From NCBI GenBank assembly GCA_050726055.1, contig JBOHIW010000013.1, positions 59,044 through 123,043 on the forward strand: DNA of 64,000 nucleotides. The letters run 5' to 3'. Below the pieces are notes generated by a model. It ran no database searches. It saw only the letters and a list, made by a program, of their open reading frames with translations, and was not told the DNA's origin. Shown piece by piece: positions 48,818 through 57,535 of the stretch. Made by a program: the position numbers and the translations under genes. Each line of letters begins with the position of its first letter. The first letter of the stretch is position 1. Origin of the DNA: Phyllobacterium sp. GTDB lineage: Bacteria; Pseudomonadota; Alphaproteobacteria; Rhizobiales; Rhizobiaceae.

Positions 48818-50961
48818 CGCAGCACGCTCCGGTTCCGTGAATGCCTTTGGTTGAGTGGCAGGCTGAGGGTGAATGTCGTGCCGATGGCTTCCGTGCTTTC
48901 AACCGTAATGTCGCCGCCGTGCATGCGGGCGATCTCCCGCGCCAGATGAAGGCCGATGCCGGTGCCCTCGATACCAGCAGCCGTGCGGGCGCGAAAGAAG
49001 CGCTCGAACAGCCGGGGAATCTCATCGGCGGGAACGCCGATCCCGTAATCCTGCACGGTCATTTCCACCATGTCGTCGTCCTCGGATGCCCGTATTTGGA
49101 TCGGCAGGTTATCCGGGGAATATTTTGCGGCATTGGAAACGAGGTTGGCGATGACCTGATCCATCAGCAGCGGGTCGCAATTCACGCGGGCCGGGAAACC
49201 ATCGATCGTGATGTCGAAAATGCGTTCCGGCGTCAGTTCGCGTTGCCGTTCGCAGGCATCCTGAATGAGTTTTGCAAAATCCGACGGACGGGGATTGAAG
49301 TCGATCCGGCCGGAATCGAGACGCGCCGCGGTCAACGTGCTGTCGACCAGTTTCGCCAGACGCATCGCGGCGAGGCGGATTTTCTCCGTCCGGGTGCTGA
49401 TTTCCTCGATGTCCATGTCGTTGCCCCGGCGCATCATGCGCTGCGCGCTGGAGTCGATGATGGCAAGCGGCGTGCGAAACTGGTGCGAGACCATGGAGAC
49501 GAACCCGCGGTAAAGCTCACGAAGATTCTGTTCGCGTTCAAGGGCCGTCTGAAGCGCCATCGCGGATTCCTTGTAGCTGGTCACATCGGCGAAACGCATC
49601 ACGCTTCCCGCCTCGACAGAGCGGCGAAGCGTGACTAGCAGCCAGTCACCCGATGGAAGCTGCATCTCACCGGTCTGAATATTCTCCACTGCTTCCACGC
49701 GCTTTTCCGGCAGTTGCAGCGGCAATTCACCTCCGGCGAGCAGCGATTGGAGCGGCGTTCCGGGTTCGAAAAGCTCGGGTTTATCAGGAAAGAACTCCCT
49801 TGCACGCGGATTGGCGACGACAAGTCTGTCGCTTGCATCGAATGCCGCAAAGCCATCCGGCGCCGTGTTGATGGCCGTTCTCAACTGCAACTCCTTGAGA
49901 CGGAGATCCGCGGTGCGCACCTTGACGAGCCGCTCCAGCGCGTCCCTGTCTTCCTCGAGCTTGCGGTGGGCCTGATAGCGGTCGGTCACGTCGCGAATGA
50001 AAACGATGCCGCCGACGACCGCGCCGTCTTCGAGAATGGGGAAAGCTTCCTTCTCCACGTAGCGTTCGGCTTGCGGCAGATAGTGGTCCGACTGGTAGGT
50101 GCGCTTTCCCTGAAGCGCTGCCAGCACCATTTCCCTGACCGGATGATTGTCAGGAAAATCAAACTTCTCGAAGACTTTCAGGCCGATGACATTTTCTCTC
50201 TCCACCCCGAAGAGCTTGGCCATGCCTTCGTTCCAGTGCGTCAGGCGCATGTCCTGATCGAAAGCCGCTATGCCTTCGGTGCTGGCGTTCAGAACCAGGG
50301 CGGAAAATTCCAGTTCATGCTGGAGTTGATGTTTTGTCGTTTCGCTGCGCCGCAATTCCTGAAGGAGGCGCAGGGAAAGAACGCAACCGCAGGCGAGAAT
50401 GCCGATGACCGAGACAATAATTTCGAACAGGGATCTCTGGTAGCGGTCCCGCCGCCCCCCCATGGTCTGGCGCTCGTTGAAGACGAACTCTATCGCGGCG
50501 TCGCGGATCTCGTCGAGCAGTGGTTGCATGGTTTGCTCGAGCCGATCTCCGATCGGTTCTCCCTTCGCCAGCGCTGCGTCGAACCAGGGCTCGATATCCC
50601 TGACGGCCTTGGTCTGCTTGCTGAATTGCGGAGCGAAGCCGAGGGCGGCGACCTGCCGCGCCATCGGCCCCTCGCCGAGAAGGGTCATGCGGCTGAGCAA
50701 CAGGTCGTAGAGCAGCTTCACCCGCGCGACGGATTCCTCCGTTCGCGGCTCCGCATCGATCCGGCGCGCGCCCATCACCAGAAGCGCCCCCTGATATTGC
50801 GCGTTCATCAGCGCATGAAGCAGGCTTTCGCCGAACGTGCTTTTCAGTTCGTGCTCGATCTGCACGAGCCGGATGAGCGCGAAGGTCAGGAAAATGACGA
50901 AGGCCAGCATGGCCGTTCCCGTCAGAAGATATGTTTTCCACGCTCCGCCGCGCAGTGTCAT
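48814..50961 (-). CDS. Membrane sensor histidine kinase: 2 TM, helical periplasmic domain (DcpA-type), two PAS domains, HisKA, HATPase
   Basis: TM1 YLLTGTAMLAFVIFLTFALI; periplasmic YDLLLSRMTLL; TM2 IIVSVIGILACGCVL; H-box SHQFRTPL; N-box NLVSNAAKY; DYGIG and GTGIGL. ATG overlaps the upstream gene stop (ATGA). Confidence 0.9.
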   Translation of the reverse strand: MTLRGGAWKTYLLTGTAMLAFVIFLTFALIRLVQIEHELKSTFGESLLHALMNAQYQGALLVMGARRIDAEPRTEESVARVKLLYDLLLSRMTLLGEGPMARQVAALGFAPQFSKQTKAVRDIEPWFDAALAKGEPIGDRLEQTMQPLLDEIRDAAIEFVFNERQTMGGRRDRYQRSLFEIIVSVIGILACGCVLSLRLLQELRRSETTKHQLQHELEFSALVLNASTEGIAAFDQDMRLTHWNEGMAKLFGVERENVIGLKVFEKFDFPDNHPVREMVLAALQGKRTYQSDHYLPQAERYVEKEAFPILEDGAVVGGIVFIRDVTDRYQAHRKLEEDRDALERLVKVRTADLRLKELQLRTAINTAPDGFAAFDASDRLVVANPRAREFFPDKPELFEPGTPLQSLLAGGELPLQLPEKRVEAVENIQTGEMQLPSGDWLLVTLRRSVEAGSVMRFADVTSYKESAMALQTALEREQNLRELYRGFVSMVSHQFRTPLAIIDSSAQRMMRRGNDMDIEEISTRTEKIRLAAMRLAKLVDSTLTAARLDSGRIDFNPRPSDFAKLIQDACERQRELTPERIFDITIDGFPARVNCDPLLMDQVIANLVSNAAKYSPDNLPIQIRASEDDDMVEMTVQDYGIGVPADEIPRLFERFFRARTAAGIEGTGIGLHLAREIARMHGGDITVESTEAIGTTFTLSLPLNQRHSRNRSVLR

Positions 50962-51464
50962 TTTATGTTCAGCCGGTTCAGTTGCCAGACCCATCGCTGG
51001 TCGTTTCGTTCGTCCTGCAACTCGCGAAAATGGTCGCGCGGATAAACGATCCAAAGCGGGCCCTTGTCGCGGGCGGTCAGATCCTTGCCGTCCATCCTCC
51101 AGGCGAGGATAACGTCATATTTCTGGAAATCGGCAATCGGGATCTCGATGGAATAATCATTCAACGCGCTTGCGCGAGCGGCGGTCTTCTTGTCGGCGCC
51201 CACCCGCTCCAGAACCTCCCTGACGAGGACGCCGGTAAATTCATGCTTTCCATCCGTCCACGCGGTCGAGGTCGTGACCGTCAGCGTGCCGACGCGTTCG
51301 AGCATTTCGCGATCGAACGCGGCGGCATCAGGCGCATTTTCGTTGGTGATGTCGCCAGTAATGCGGAGAATGATCTCGCCCTTCGCGGCTGGCAGAGGCT
51401 CCTGCGCAAAACCGGACTGCGACAGGGCGAGGGTGATGGCGAGCCCCCCGAGTGCAGTTTTCAC
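50958..51464 (-). CDS. PruR-like periplasmic pterin-binding protein (degenerate sulfite-oxidase/molybdopterin fold, COG3915-like)
   Basis: Sec-type signal peptide (GTG start 51464, about 168 aa). Motifs L.I.G.I, FDREML, T.T.W....F.GV, ALNDY, ILA...DG......DKGPLWIVYP, WVWQL. No Cys in the mature protein. Alternative start ATG 51527. Confidence 0.8.
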   Translation of the reverse strand: MKTALGGLAITLALSQSGFAQEPLPAAKGEIILRITGDITNENAPDAAAFDREMLERVGTLTVTTSTAWTDGKHEFTGVLVREVLERVGADKKTAARASALNDYSIEIPIADFQKYDVILAWRMDGKDLTARDKGPLWIVYPRDHFRELQDERNDQRWVWQLNRLNIK

Positions 51465-51853
51465 GCTTCGGTTCCATGCGCGGGAACAAGGCAATAAGGC
51501 AATCAATGGTTGATATCGGGCAATCATTCGTACACGCGGCATGCTGCGCACCCTTGGCTACGGGAGTGAAATGGATTCATGAAAAAGTCGTGCCCTCGCC
51601 CAAGATACGCGTTTTAACCGATTTTTTCCAGCGGGAGATTGATGGCCACATCCAAGCCCTCTTCCTGAAATATTTTCAGTCGAAGAGTGAAGCCGGCGAT
51701 CGGGAGGCGTGGCCGGGCATGTCATCAATTGCATGAAACAATTCCGGTGTCCCCGTGTGAACAAAGGGGCATCCATTGACGCACTCTCGCGCCCATAACC
51801 GACGAATCCCCAAATGGAGCCAGAATATGGGGTTTTTGGCCTAAAATGGCTCT

Positions 51854-51867
51854 TGAAATCGATTTCA
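51854..51867. promoter_or_regulatory. LacI-family operator
   Basis: Perfect palindrome TGAAATCGATTTCA with the central CG typical of LacI sites, 48 bp upstream of the sugar SBP gene; a LacI gene is in the same operon. Confidence 0.8.
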
Positions 51868-51914
51868 TTTTTGCATTACTATGGTTTTGATTGGTTTCAG
51901 GGGAGGAGCTCACA

Positions 51915-52937
51915 ATGAAAATTTCTGCAATCGCGTTGTCTACCGTCGCCGCCCTGGCGATCTCGGCGTTTGCCGCACAGGCTGAGGATTTCAAGATCGG
52001 CTTGAGCAATGGCTGGGTTGGCAGCGAATGGCGCACCCAGATGATTGAAGAGGCGCAGGCCGCTGCCGCGGCATGGAAAGACAAGGGCGTGAATGTCGAG
52101 GTCGTGGTGCAGAGCGCCAATGTCGATGTGCCCGGCCAGATCGCCCATGTGCGTAATTTCATCAGTCAGGGCGTCGACGCCATCATCATCAATCCGAACA
52201 GCCCGACGGCCTTTGACCCGATCTTCAAACAGGCCAAGGAACAGGGCATTCTGGTGATTTCCACCGACGCTGAAGTGTCGTCGAAGGACGCCATGTATAT
52301 TGGGATCGACCAGAAGGCATGGGGCGCGGCTGGCGCGAAGTGGCTAGCGGAAGCACTGGGCGGCAAGGGCAATGTGGTCGCCATCAACGGCGTTGCGGGC
52401 CACCCGGCCAACGAAATGCGCGTTGCGGGCTACAAGGAAGTTTTCGCCAATTATCCTGATATCAAGGTCGTGAACGAGGTCAATGCCAACTGGGATCAGG
52501 CGCAGGGCCAGCAGGCCATGCAGAACCTGCTTGCGACCTATCCGGACATCAATGGCGTCTGGGTTCAGGACGGCATGGCCGCCGGTGCATGGAAGTCCAT
52601 CATGGATGCGGGCAAGACCGAGGGCATCGCCGCGACCGGCGAGATCCGCAAGGACTTCATCGATCTTTGGAACGAGAAGAAGCTCAACTCCGGCGCATCC
52701 GTGAACCCTCCGGGCGTCATGGCAAGCGCGCTGAATGTTGCGGTTCCGCTGCTTCAGGGCAAGGAGCTGAAGGAACCGGCGACGGCTGGCCAGTATGGCA
52801 ATGCGCTCTATTTGCCGATCCCGTTCATCGATTCCAGCAATCTCGCGGAAGTGACCAAGGCGGTCGAAGGCAAACCCGGCTACTATTCCTATACGAGCCA
52901 GTTGTCGATCGACGAAGCGCTGGCGCTGTTCAAGTAA
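51915..52937 (+). CDS. Sugar ABC transporter substrate-binding protein (RbsB-like)
   Basis: Signal peptide, SNGWVGSEWR, VDAIIINP, ANWD; GGAGGAG RBS. Confidence 0.9.
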   Translation: MKISAIALSTVAALAISAFAAQAEDFKIGLSNGWVGSEWRTQMIEEAQAAAAAWKDKGVNVEVVVQSANVDVPGQIAHVRNFISQGVDAIIINPNSPTAFDPIFKQAKEQGILVISTDAEVSSKDAMYIGIDQKAWGAAGAKWLAEALGGKGNVVAINGVAGHPANEMRVAGYKEVFANYPDIKVVNEVNANWDQAQGQQAMQNLLATYPDINGVWVQDGMAAGAWKSIMDAGKTEGIAATGEIRKDFIDLWNEKKLNSGASVNPPGVMASALNVAVPLLQGKELKEPATAGQYGNALYLPIPFIDSSNLAEVTKAVEGKPGYYSYTSQLSIDEALALFK

Positions 52938-53006
52938 GGTCCCGGACCTGTCGGGATGCGTGGCTTTCGCCGCGTATCCCCCAAGCTCATACGGCAAGGT
53001 TGCGAT

Positions 53007-54512
53007 ATGTCTGAACTGGTGATCCGTGGCGCGCAGAAAGCCTATGGCGCGACGCTCGCTTTGCGCCGCGGCGATCTGCATTTGCGTCCCGGAGAGGTCC
53101 ATGTGCTGATGGGCTCGAACGGGTCCGGCAAGAGCACCCTGTGCAAGATCGTGGCGGGGAGCGTGAAGCCGGACGCGGGCGAGGTGCTGCTGAATGGCAA
53201 GCCGGTCAGCGTGTCGGGGCCGCGCGCCGCGCGTGCGCTTGGCATCGGCATTTTCTGTCAGGAACTTTCGCTGGCCGCACGCCGCACCGTTGCTGAAAAT
53301 ATCTGCCTGCCAGCGATGCCCGCAAGAGCAGGCCTGTTCGTGGATCGCACAGCGCTGGACGACACCGCGCAGCGCTATATTGCTCTTTTCACGGATGTTG
53401 CGGGGGAGGATTTCTCCGCCGATGCAACGGTCGATACGTTGCGCGCCGACCAGCGCCAGCTTGTCGAGATCATGAAAGCGCTGGCGAGCGAGGCCGACAT
53501 CCTCATTTTCGACGAGCCGACCTCGGCGCTGGATCGTGCGCAAGTGGATCGCTTCTTTGAGGTGCTGAAACGGCTGAAGGCGGAAGGTCGCGCCATCGTC
53601 TTCATTTCCCATCGCATGGATGAGATATTCGCTATTGGCGACCGTGTGACGATCATGCGCGATGGTGAGACTGTCGCGACGTCGCCTATCGCCGAGACGG
53701 AGCCCGCGCAGGTCATCCGCCAGATGGTGGGGGATCGCGACGATCTGGCGATTTCCAGCGAAGCGCCCGCGGTGCACGCATCGAGCGATGGCGTGCTGCT
53801 TTCCGTTCGCGGCTTGAGCGGAAAGGGTTTTCGCGAGGTTTCCCTGCATGTCGCAAAGGGCGAGATCGTCGGTCTGGGCGGGTTGCACGGGCAGGGGCAA
53901 TCGGCCGTGTTGCGCGCGCTGTTCGGCGCGCAGCGCCACACGGGCGGAACGATCGAGCTCAAGGGCGAGAAACGATCCATGGCGTCGACGCGCGAAGCCA
54001 TTCGTCATGGTTGCGCCTATGTCTCCGGCGATCGCGGGCGCGACGGCGCCCTGACCGGTCGGCCCATTCTCGAAAACGTCACCCCCATCCATTTCCTGCG
54101 CAACAGGATCTCGCTGGTGCGGCCCGGATCGCTGAAAGAAGCGGTGCTCAAGCCGCTCTTGGCACTGAAGGCGAAATATCATTCGCTCGACCAGCCCATC
54201 AACGCGCTGTCCGGCGGCAACCAGCAAAAGATTATCATTGCGCGGTGGCTGGTCGACCGGCCCGATATCCTGCTGCTGGACGATCCGACAAAGGGTATCG
54301 ATCTCGCGGCCAAGACCGATCTTTTCGCCCTGATCCGCGAGCTGGCGGAGCAGGGTATGGGCATCGTGCTCTATTCATCGGAGGATGCCGAACTGCTGAA
54401 CAATTCCGATCGCATTCTTGTTTTCAACGGCGGTTCGATTTCGCGTGAACTGACGGGAGCCGACCGCACCCGCTTCAATCTTTATCAGGCAGCATATGAG
54501 GCCGCGCAATGA
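53007..54512 (+). CDS. Sugar ABC transporter ATP-binding protein (CUT2, duplicated NBD)
   Basis: GSNGSGKST, FDEPT, FISHR, LSGGNQQK, LDDPTKGID. Confidence 0.92.
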   Translation: MSELVIRGAQKAYGATLALRRGDLHLRPGEVHVLMGSNGSGKSTLCKIVAGSVKPDAGEVLLNGKPVSVSGPRAARALGIGIFCQELSLAARRTVAENICLPAMPARAGLFVDRTALDDTAQRYIALFTDVAGEDFSADATVDTLRADQRQLVEIMKALASEADILIFDEPTSALDRAQVDRFFEVLKRLKAEGRAIVFISHRMDEIFAIGDRVTIMRDGETVATSPIAETEPAQVIRQMVGDRDDLAISSEAPAVHASSDGVLLSVRGLSGKGFREVSLHVAKGEIVGLGGLHGQGQSAVLRALFGAQRHTGGTIELKGEKRSMASTREAIRHGCAYVSGDRGRDGALTGRPILENVTPIHFLRNRISLVRPGSLKEAVLKPLLALKAKYHSLDQPINALSGGNQQKIIIARWLVDRPDILLLDDPTKGIDLAAKTDLFALIRELAEQGMGIVLYSSEDAELLNNSDRILVFNGGSISRELTGADRTRFNLYQAAYEAAQ

Positions 54513-55495
54513 GCGACCTGACGACAGCCCCCGGAAAGCGAAGCGGCATGAAGGCGCTGCTGGCGAGTTTCCCGTTCATACCGGCGCTCATCATTCTCAT
54601 CGTGCTTTTCGCCCTGAATGGAATTTTTGAGCCGCGCAGCCTGAGTTTTCGCGCGGTAACGGGCATTTTCAGCACCTATCTCGCATTGATGCTGCTGGCG
54701 GTCGCCCAGACCTATGTGGTGTTTTCCGGTGATATCGACCTGTCGGCAGGGGCTATCGTCTCGCTGGTGAATGTCGTCATCATCGTGCTGATGGAGCGTT
54801 TGGGCGGCGGGCCTGGCGTGGTGCTGTTGGCCTGTTTCGCGGGCGCGCTGGTTGGCGCGGCGGCGGGATTGGTCAACGGCATCATTGTCGCCGGTCTGCG
54901 CTTGCAGGCCATTGTCGCGACCTTTGCCACAAGCATCTTCTTCACGGGACTGGCGCTTTATGTCTTGCCGGTGGCGGGAACGCCCGCGCCGGAGGCCTAT
55001 TGGCTCACCTATGGCGGGCGTTTTTTCGGCATTCCGTTTGTGTTCTTTATCGTCATTGCCGTCGCCATCATTGTCGGAACGCTGGCTCGCACGCGGCTCG
55101 TGACGCAGATGCTTTCGGTTGGTGATGATGCGATAGCGGCTTTCCAGAGCGGTCTTCCGGTCACGCTGATCCGCATCAAAGGCTATGTGCTGTGCGGATT
55201 CTTCTCCGCGCTTGCCGCGCTTTGTGTGACGGGCGATACGGCGAGCGGTGATCCGCTGGTCGGCGGCAAGATGACATTGTTCAGTGTCGCCGCCGTTGTT
55301 CTCGGCGGCAGCGCGCTTTCCGGCGGGTTCGGAACGGTTCTGGGCTCGATTGTCGGCGCGCTGATCATCGGCCTCATCAACTCGCTGGTCTTTTTCGTCG
55401 GCACGCCATCCGAGTGGCAAAACCTTGTTCAGGGTCTCGCCATCCTGCTTGCCCTGATGGCCGGTATCCTGGTCAGCCGGAGCGCACGGGCATGA
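54509..55495 (+). CDS. Sugar ABC transporter permease
   Basis: GDIDLSAGA, AAVVLGGSALSGG.G; hydrophobic; ATGA overlap. Confidence 0.9.
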   Translation: MSDLTTAPGKRSGMKALLASFPFIPALIILIVLFALNGIFEPRSLSFRAVTGIFSTYLALMLLAVAQTYVVFSGDIDLSAGAIVSLVNVVIIVLMERLGGGPGVVLLACFAGALVGAAAGLVNGIIVAGLRLQAIVATFATSIFFTGLALYVLPVAGTPAPEAYWLTYGGRFFGIPFVFFIVIAVAIIVGTLARTRLVTQMLSVGDDAIAAFQSGLPVTLIRIKGYVLCGFFSALAALCVTGDTASGDPLVGGKMTLFSVAAVVLGGSALSGGFGTVLGSIVGALIIGLINSLVFFVGTPSEWQNLVQGLAILLALMAGILVSRSARA

Positions 55496-56481
55496 GTATC
55501 GCAACAGGCACATCGCGCAGCGGAAGCAACGCCATCGTGAATTTCATCAAGCAACCGCTGGTCATCGCACTGGCCCTGATCGTGGTTCTTCTTCTGATCG
55601 GCGAAGCGCTGTCACCGGGCTTTGCCTCCCTTCAGCAGATATTGCGCCTGCTCATCGTCGCGGCGCTGCTCGGTATTGTCGCCGCGGGCCAGAATCTTGT
55701 CATTCTGGGCGGGCGCGAGGGCATCGACCTTTCAGTCGGCGGCATCGTTTCATTGAGCGCCGTGCTTGCCGGTAATGTGATGAATGGGGCGGATATAGGC
55801 ATTCTGCCCGCGATCCTCGTCAGCGTCGGTGTCGGTGCACTTTTCGGGATGTTCAACGGGCTGGGCGTGACGCTGCTTCGCATCCCGCCGCTGGTGATGA
55901 CTTTGGGTATGCTCGGCGTTTTGCAGGGGCTTCTGGTCGTCATTCGAAGCGGCATTCCGTCGGGGCGGGCGGCGCCCATGCTGTCGCAATTCGTGACGCA
56001 GCCTTTTCTGTTCGGCCTGCCGGGCATCATCTGGTTGTGGCTTCTGATTGGCGTGTTCATGGCCTTTCTTTTGCGGCGCACCGTCTTCGGGTATCGCATC
56101 TACGCCATCGGTTCCAACGAACAGGCGGCCTCTATGGCGGGTGTGCCTGTACGCGTGATCCGCGTTGGGCTGTTCATGCTTTCGGGCGCATTCGCGGCGC
56201 TGGCCGGGTTCTGCCTGCTGGGCTATTCCGGCTCATCCTTCGCCAATGTGGGCGAACAATATATGCTGCCCTCCATTATTGCCGTGGTGCTGGGCGGTAC
56301 GCCGCTTGCGGGCGGCAAGGGCGGCTATACCGGCACCATGGCGGGTGCCGTGCTGCTGACCGTTCTGCAAAGCATTCTGACCACGATCAACATCGATGAA
56401 TCGGGCCGCCAGATGGTGTTTGGCGCCACGCTGCTCGTGCTGATGCTGTTTTATGGGCGCAGCCGCGCCATGCGGGGCTGA
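55492..56481 (+). CDS. Sugar ABC transporter permease
   Basis: GIDLSVG, GYRIYAIGSN, IAVVLGGTPL.GGKG. Confidence 0.9.
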   Translation: MSIATGTSRSGSNAIVNFIKQPLVIALALIVVLLLIGEALSPGFASLQQILRLLIVAALLGIVAAGQNLVILGGREGIDLSVGGIVSLSAVLAGNVMNGADIGILPAILVSVGVGALFGMFNGLGVTLLRIPPLVMTLGMLGVLQGLLVVIRSGIPSGRAAPMLSQFVTQPFLFGLPGIIWLWLLIGVFMAFLLRRTVFGYRIYAIGSNEQAASMAGVPVRVIRVGLFMLSGAFAALAGFCLLGYSGSSFANVGEQYMLPSIIAVVLGGTPLAGGKGGYTGTMAGAVLLTVLQSILTTINIDESGRQMVFGATLLVLMLFYGRSRAMRG

Positions 56482-56482
56482 C

Positions 56483-57517
56483 GTGAGCACGAGAGCCAAG
56501 ATCAAGGATATCGCGCGACAGGTGGGCGTTTCGCCCGCGACTGTCTCGCGTGCGCTGGCGGGGTCAAGCCTTGTCGCCGAACCCACGCTTTCGCGGGTGC
56601 GGGAGGCGGCGCAAAAGCTGAATTACCGGCCGAATGTCAGCGCCCGCAATCTGCGAACGCAGAAATCCATGGCAGTGTTGCTGGTGGTGCGCGATGTCGC
56701 CAACCCCTTTTATCTGGAAATTTTCAAAGGCGTTGACGCGGCCGCGCGCGAGGCTGGTTATTCCGTGCTGATGGGCAATACGGAGGATCACTCCGAGCGC
56801 GAGCTTGAATATTTCGATATGCTGCGCGACGGCCATGCCGACGGTATGATCCTGATGAACGGCAAGCTGCCGTCCAGCTATGCCAGAAATCCTGAAAAGG
56901 TTGCTGGCCTGCCGATCGTGGTGGCTCTGGAAGTCATCGAGAATGCGAAGCTGCCGCATGTGCAGATCGACAATGAGGCGGCGGCGCGTGTGGCCGTGCA
57001 GCATCTTCTGTCGCTCGGGCACAGGCGCATTGCGCATATTTGCGGGCCCATACCCGAAGTCATGAGCGTGCGCCGCCGCGAGGGCTTTCGCAAGGCGATG
57101 CAGGAGGCGGGCTTCGGCATACCGGAACGGTTTGAACCTGTCGGCGATTATACGATCCAGTCGGGCGCGGAACTGTGCCGTGAACTGTATTCCCGGCCCA
57201 ATCCGCCCAGCGCGCTTTTTGTCGGCAATGACCAGATGGCGTTTGGCGCGATCAACGAACTGCGCCGGATGGGCCTGTCGGTGCCCGGGGATGTATCGGT
57301 TGTCGGCTTCGATGATCTTTTCCTCAGTGAGTGCTTTTTCCCGCCGCTGACGACGATCAGCCAGCCGCGCGCGGAGATCGGGCGTCACGCCATGTCGCAG
57401 CTTCTCCATGTCATGAATGGCGACGACGTTGCGCCTCTGGTCGAAATGCCGACGGCCCTGAAAATTCGCAATTCGACAGCGCCGGTATCCCACAATCGGA
57501 TCGCGGCCAAAATATAA
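56483..57517 (+). CDS. LacI family transcriptional regulator
   Basis: IKDIARQVGVSPATVSRAL, LNYRPN..ARNL, NPFY, DQMAFG, VSVVGFDD, PPLTTISQP; GTG start. Confidence 0.93.
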   Translation: MSTRAKIKDIARQVGVSPATVSRALAGSSLVAEPTLSRVREAAQKLNYRPNVSARNLRTQKSMAVLLVVRDVANPFYLEIFKGVDAAAREAGYSVLMGNTEDHSERELEYFDMLRDGHADGMILMNGKLPSSYARNPEKVAGLPIVVALEVIENAKLPHVQIDNEAAARVAVQHLLSLGHRRIAHICGPIPEVMSVRRREGFRKAMQEAGFGIPERFEPVGDYTIQSGAELCRELYSRPNPPSALFVGNDQMAFGAINELRRMGLSVPGDVSVVGFDDLFLSECFFPPLTTISQPRAEIGRHAMSQLLHVMNGDDVAPLVEMPTALKIRNSTAPVSHNRIAAKI

Positions 57518-57535
57518 CAGTTGAAAGGGAAGAGG

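Noticed and set aside
50958-51551. Annotation of the small exported protein as a molybdoenzyme (MsrP/sulfite oxidase), and the ORF-track start at 51551
   Set aside because: It is too short, has no Cys in the mature part and has a Sec-type rather than Tat signal. A clean signal peptide begins at GTG 51464.
51665-51679. Second palindrome CTGAAA-TAT-TTTCAG as an auxiliary LacI operator
   Set aside because: It has a 3-nt centre and lacks the central CG; it could equally be chance or belong to the divergent pruR-like promoter.
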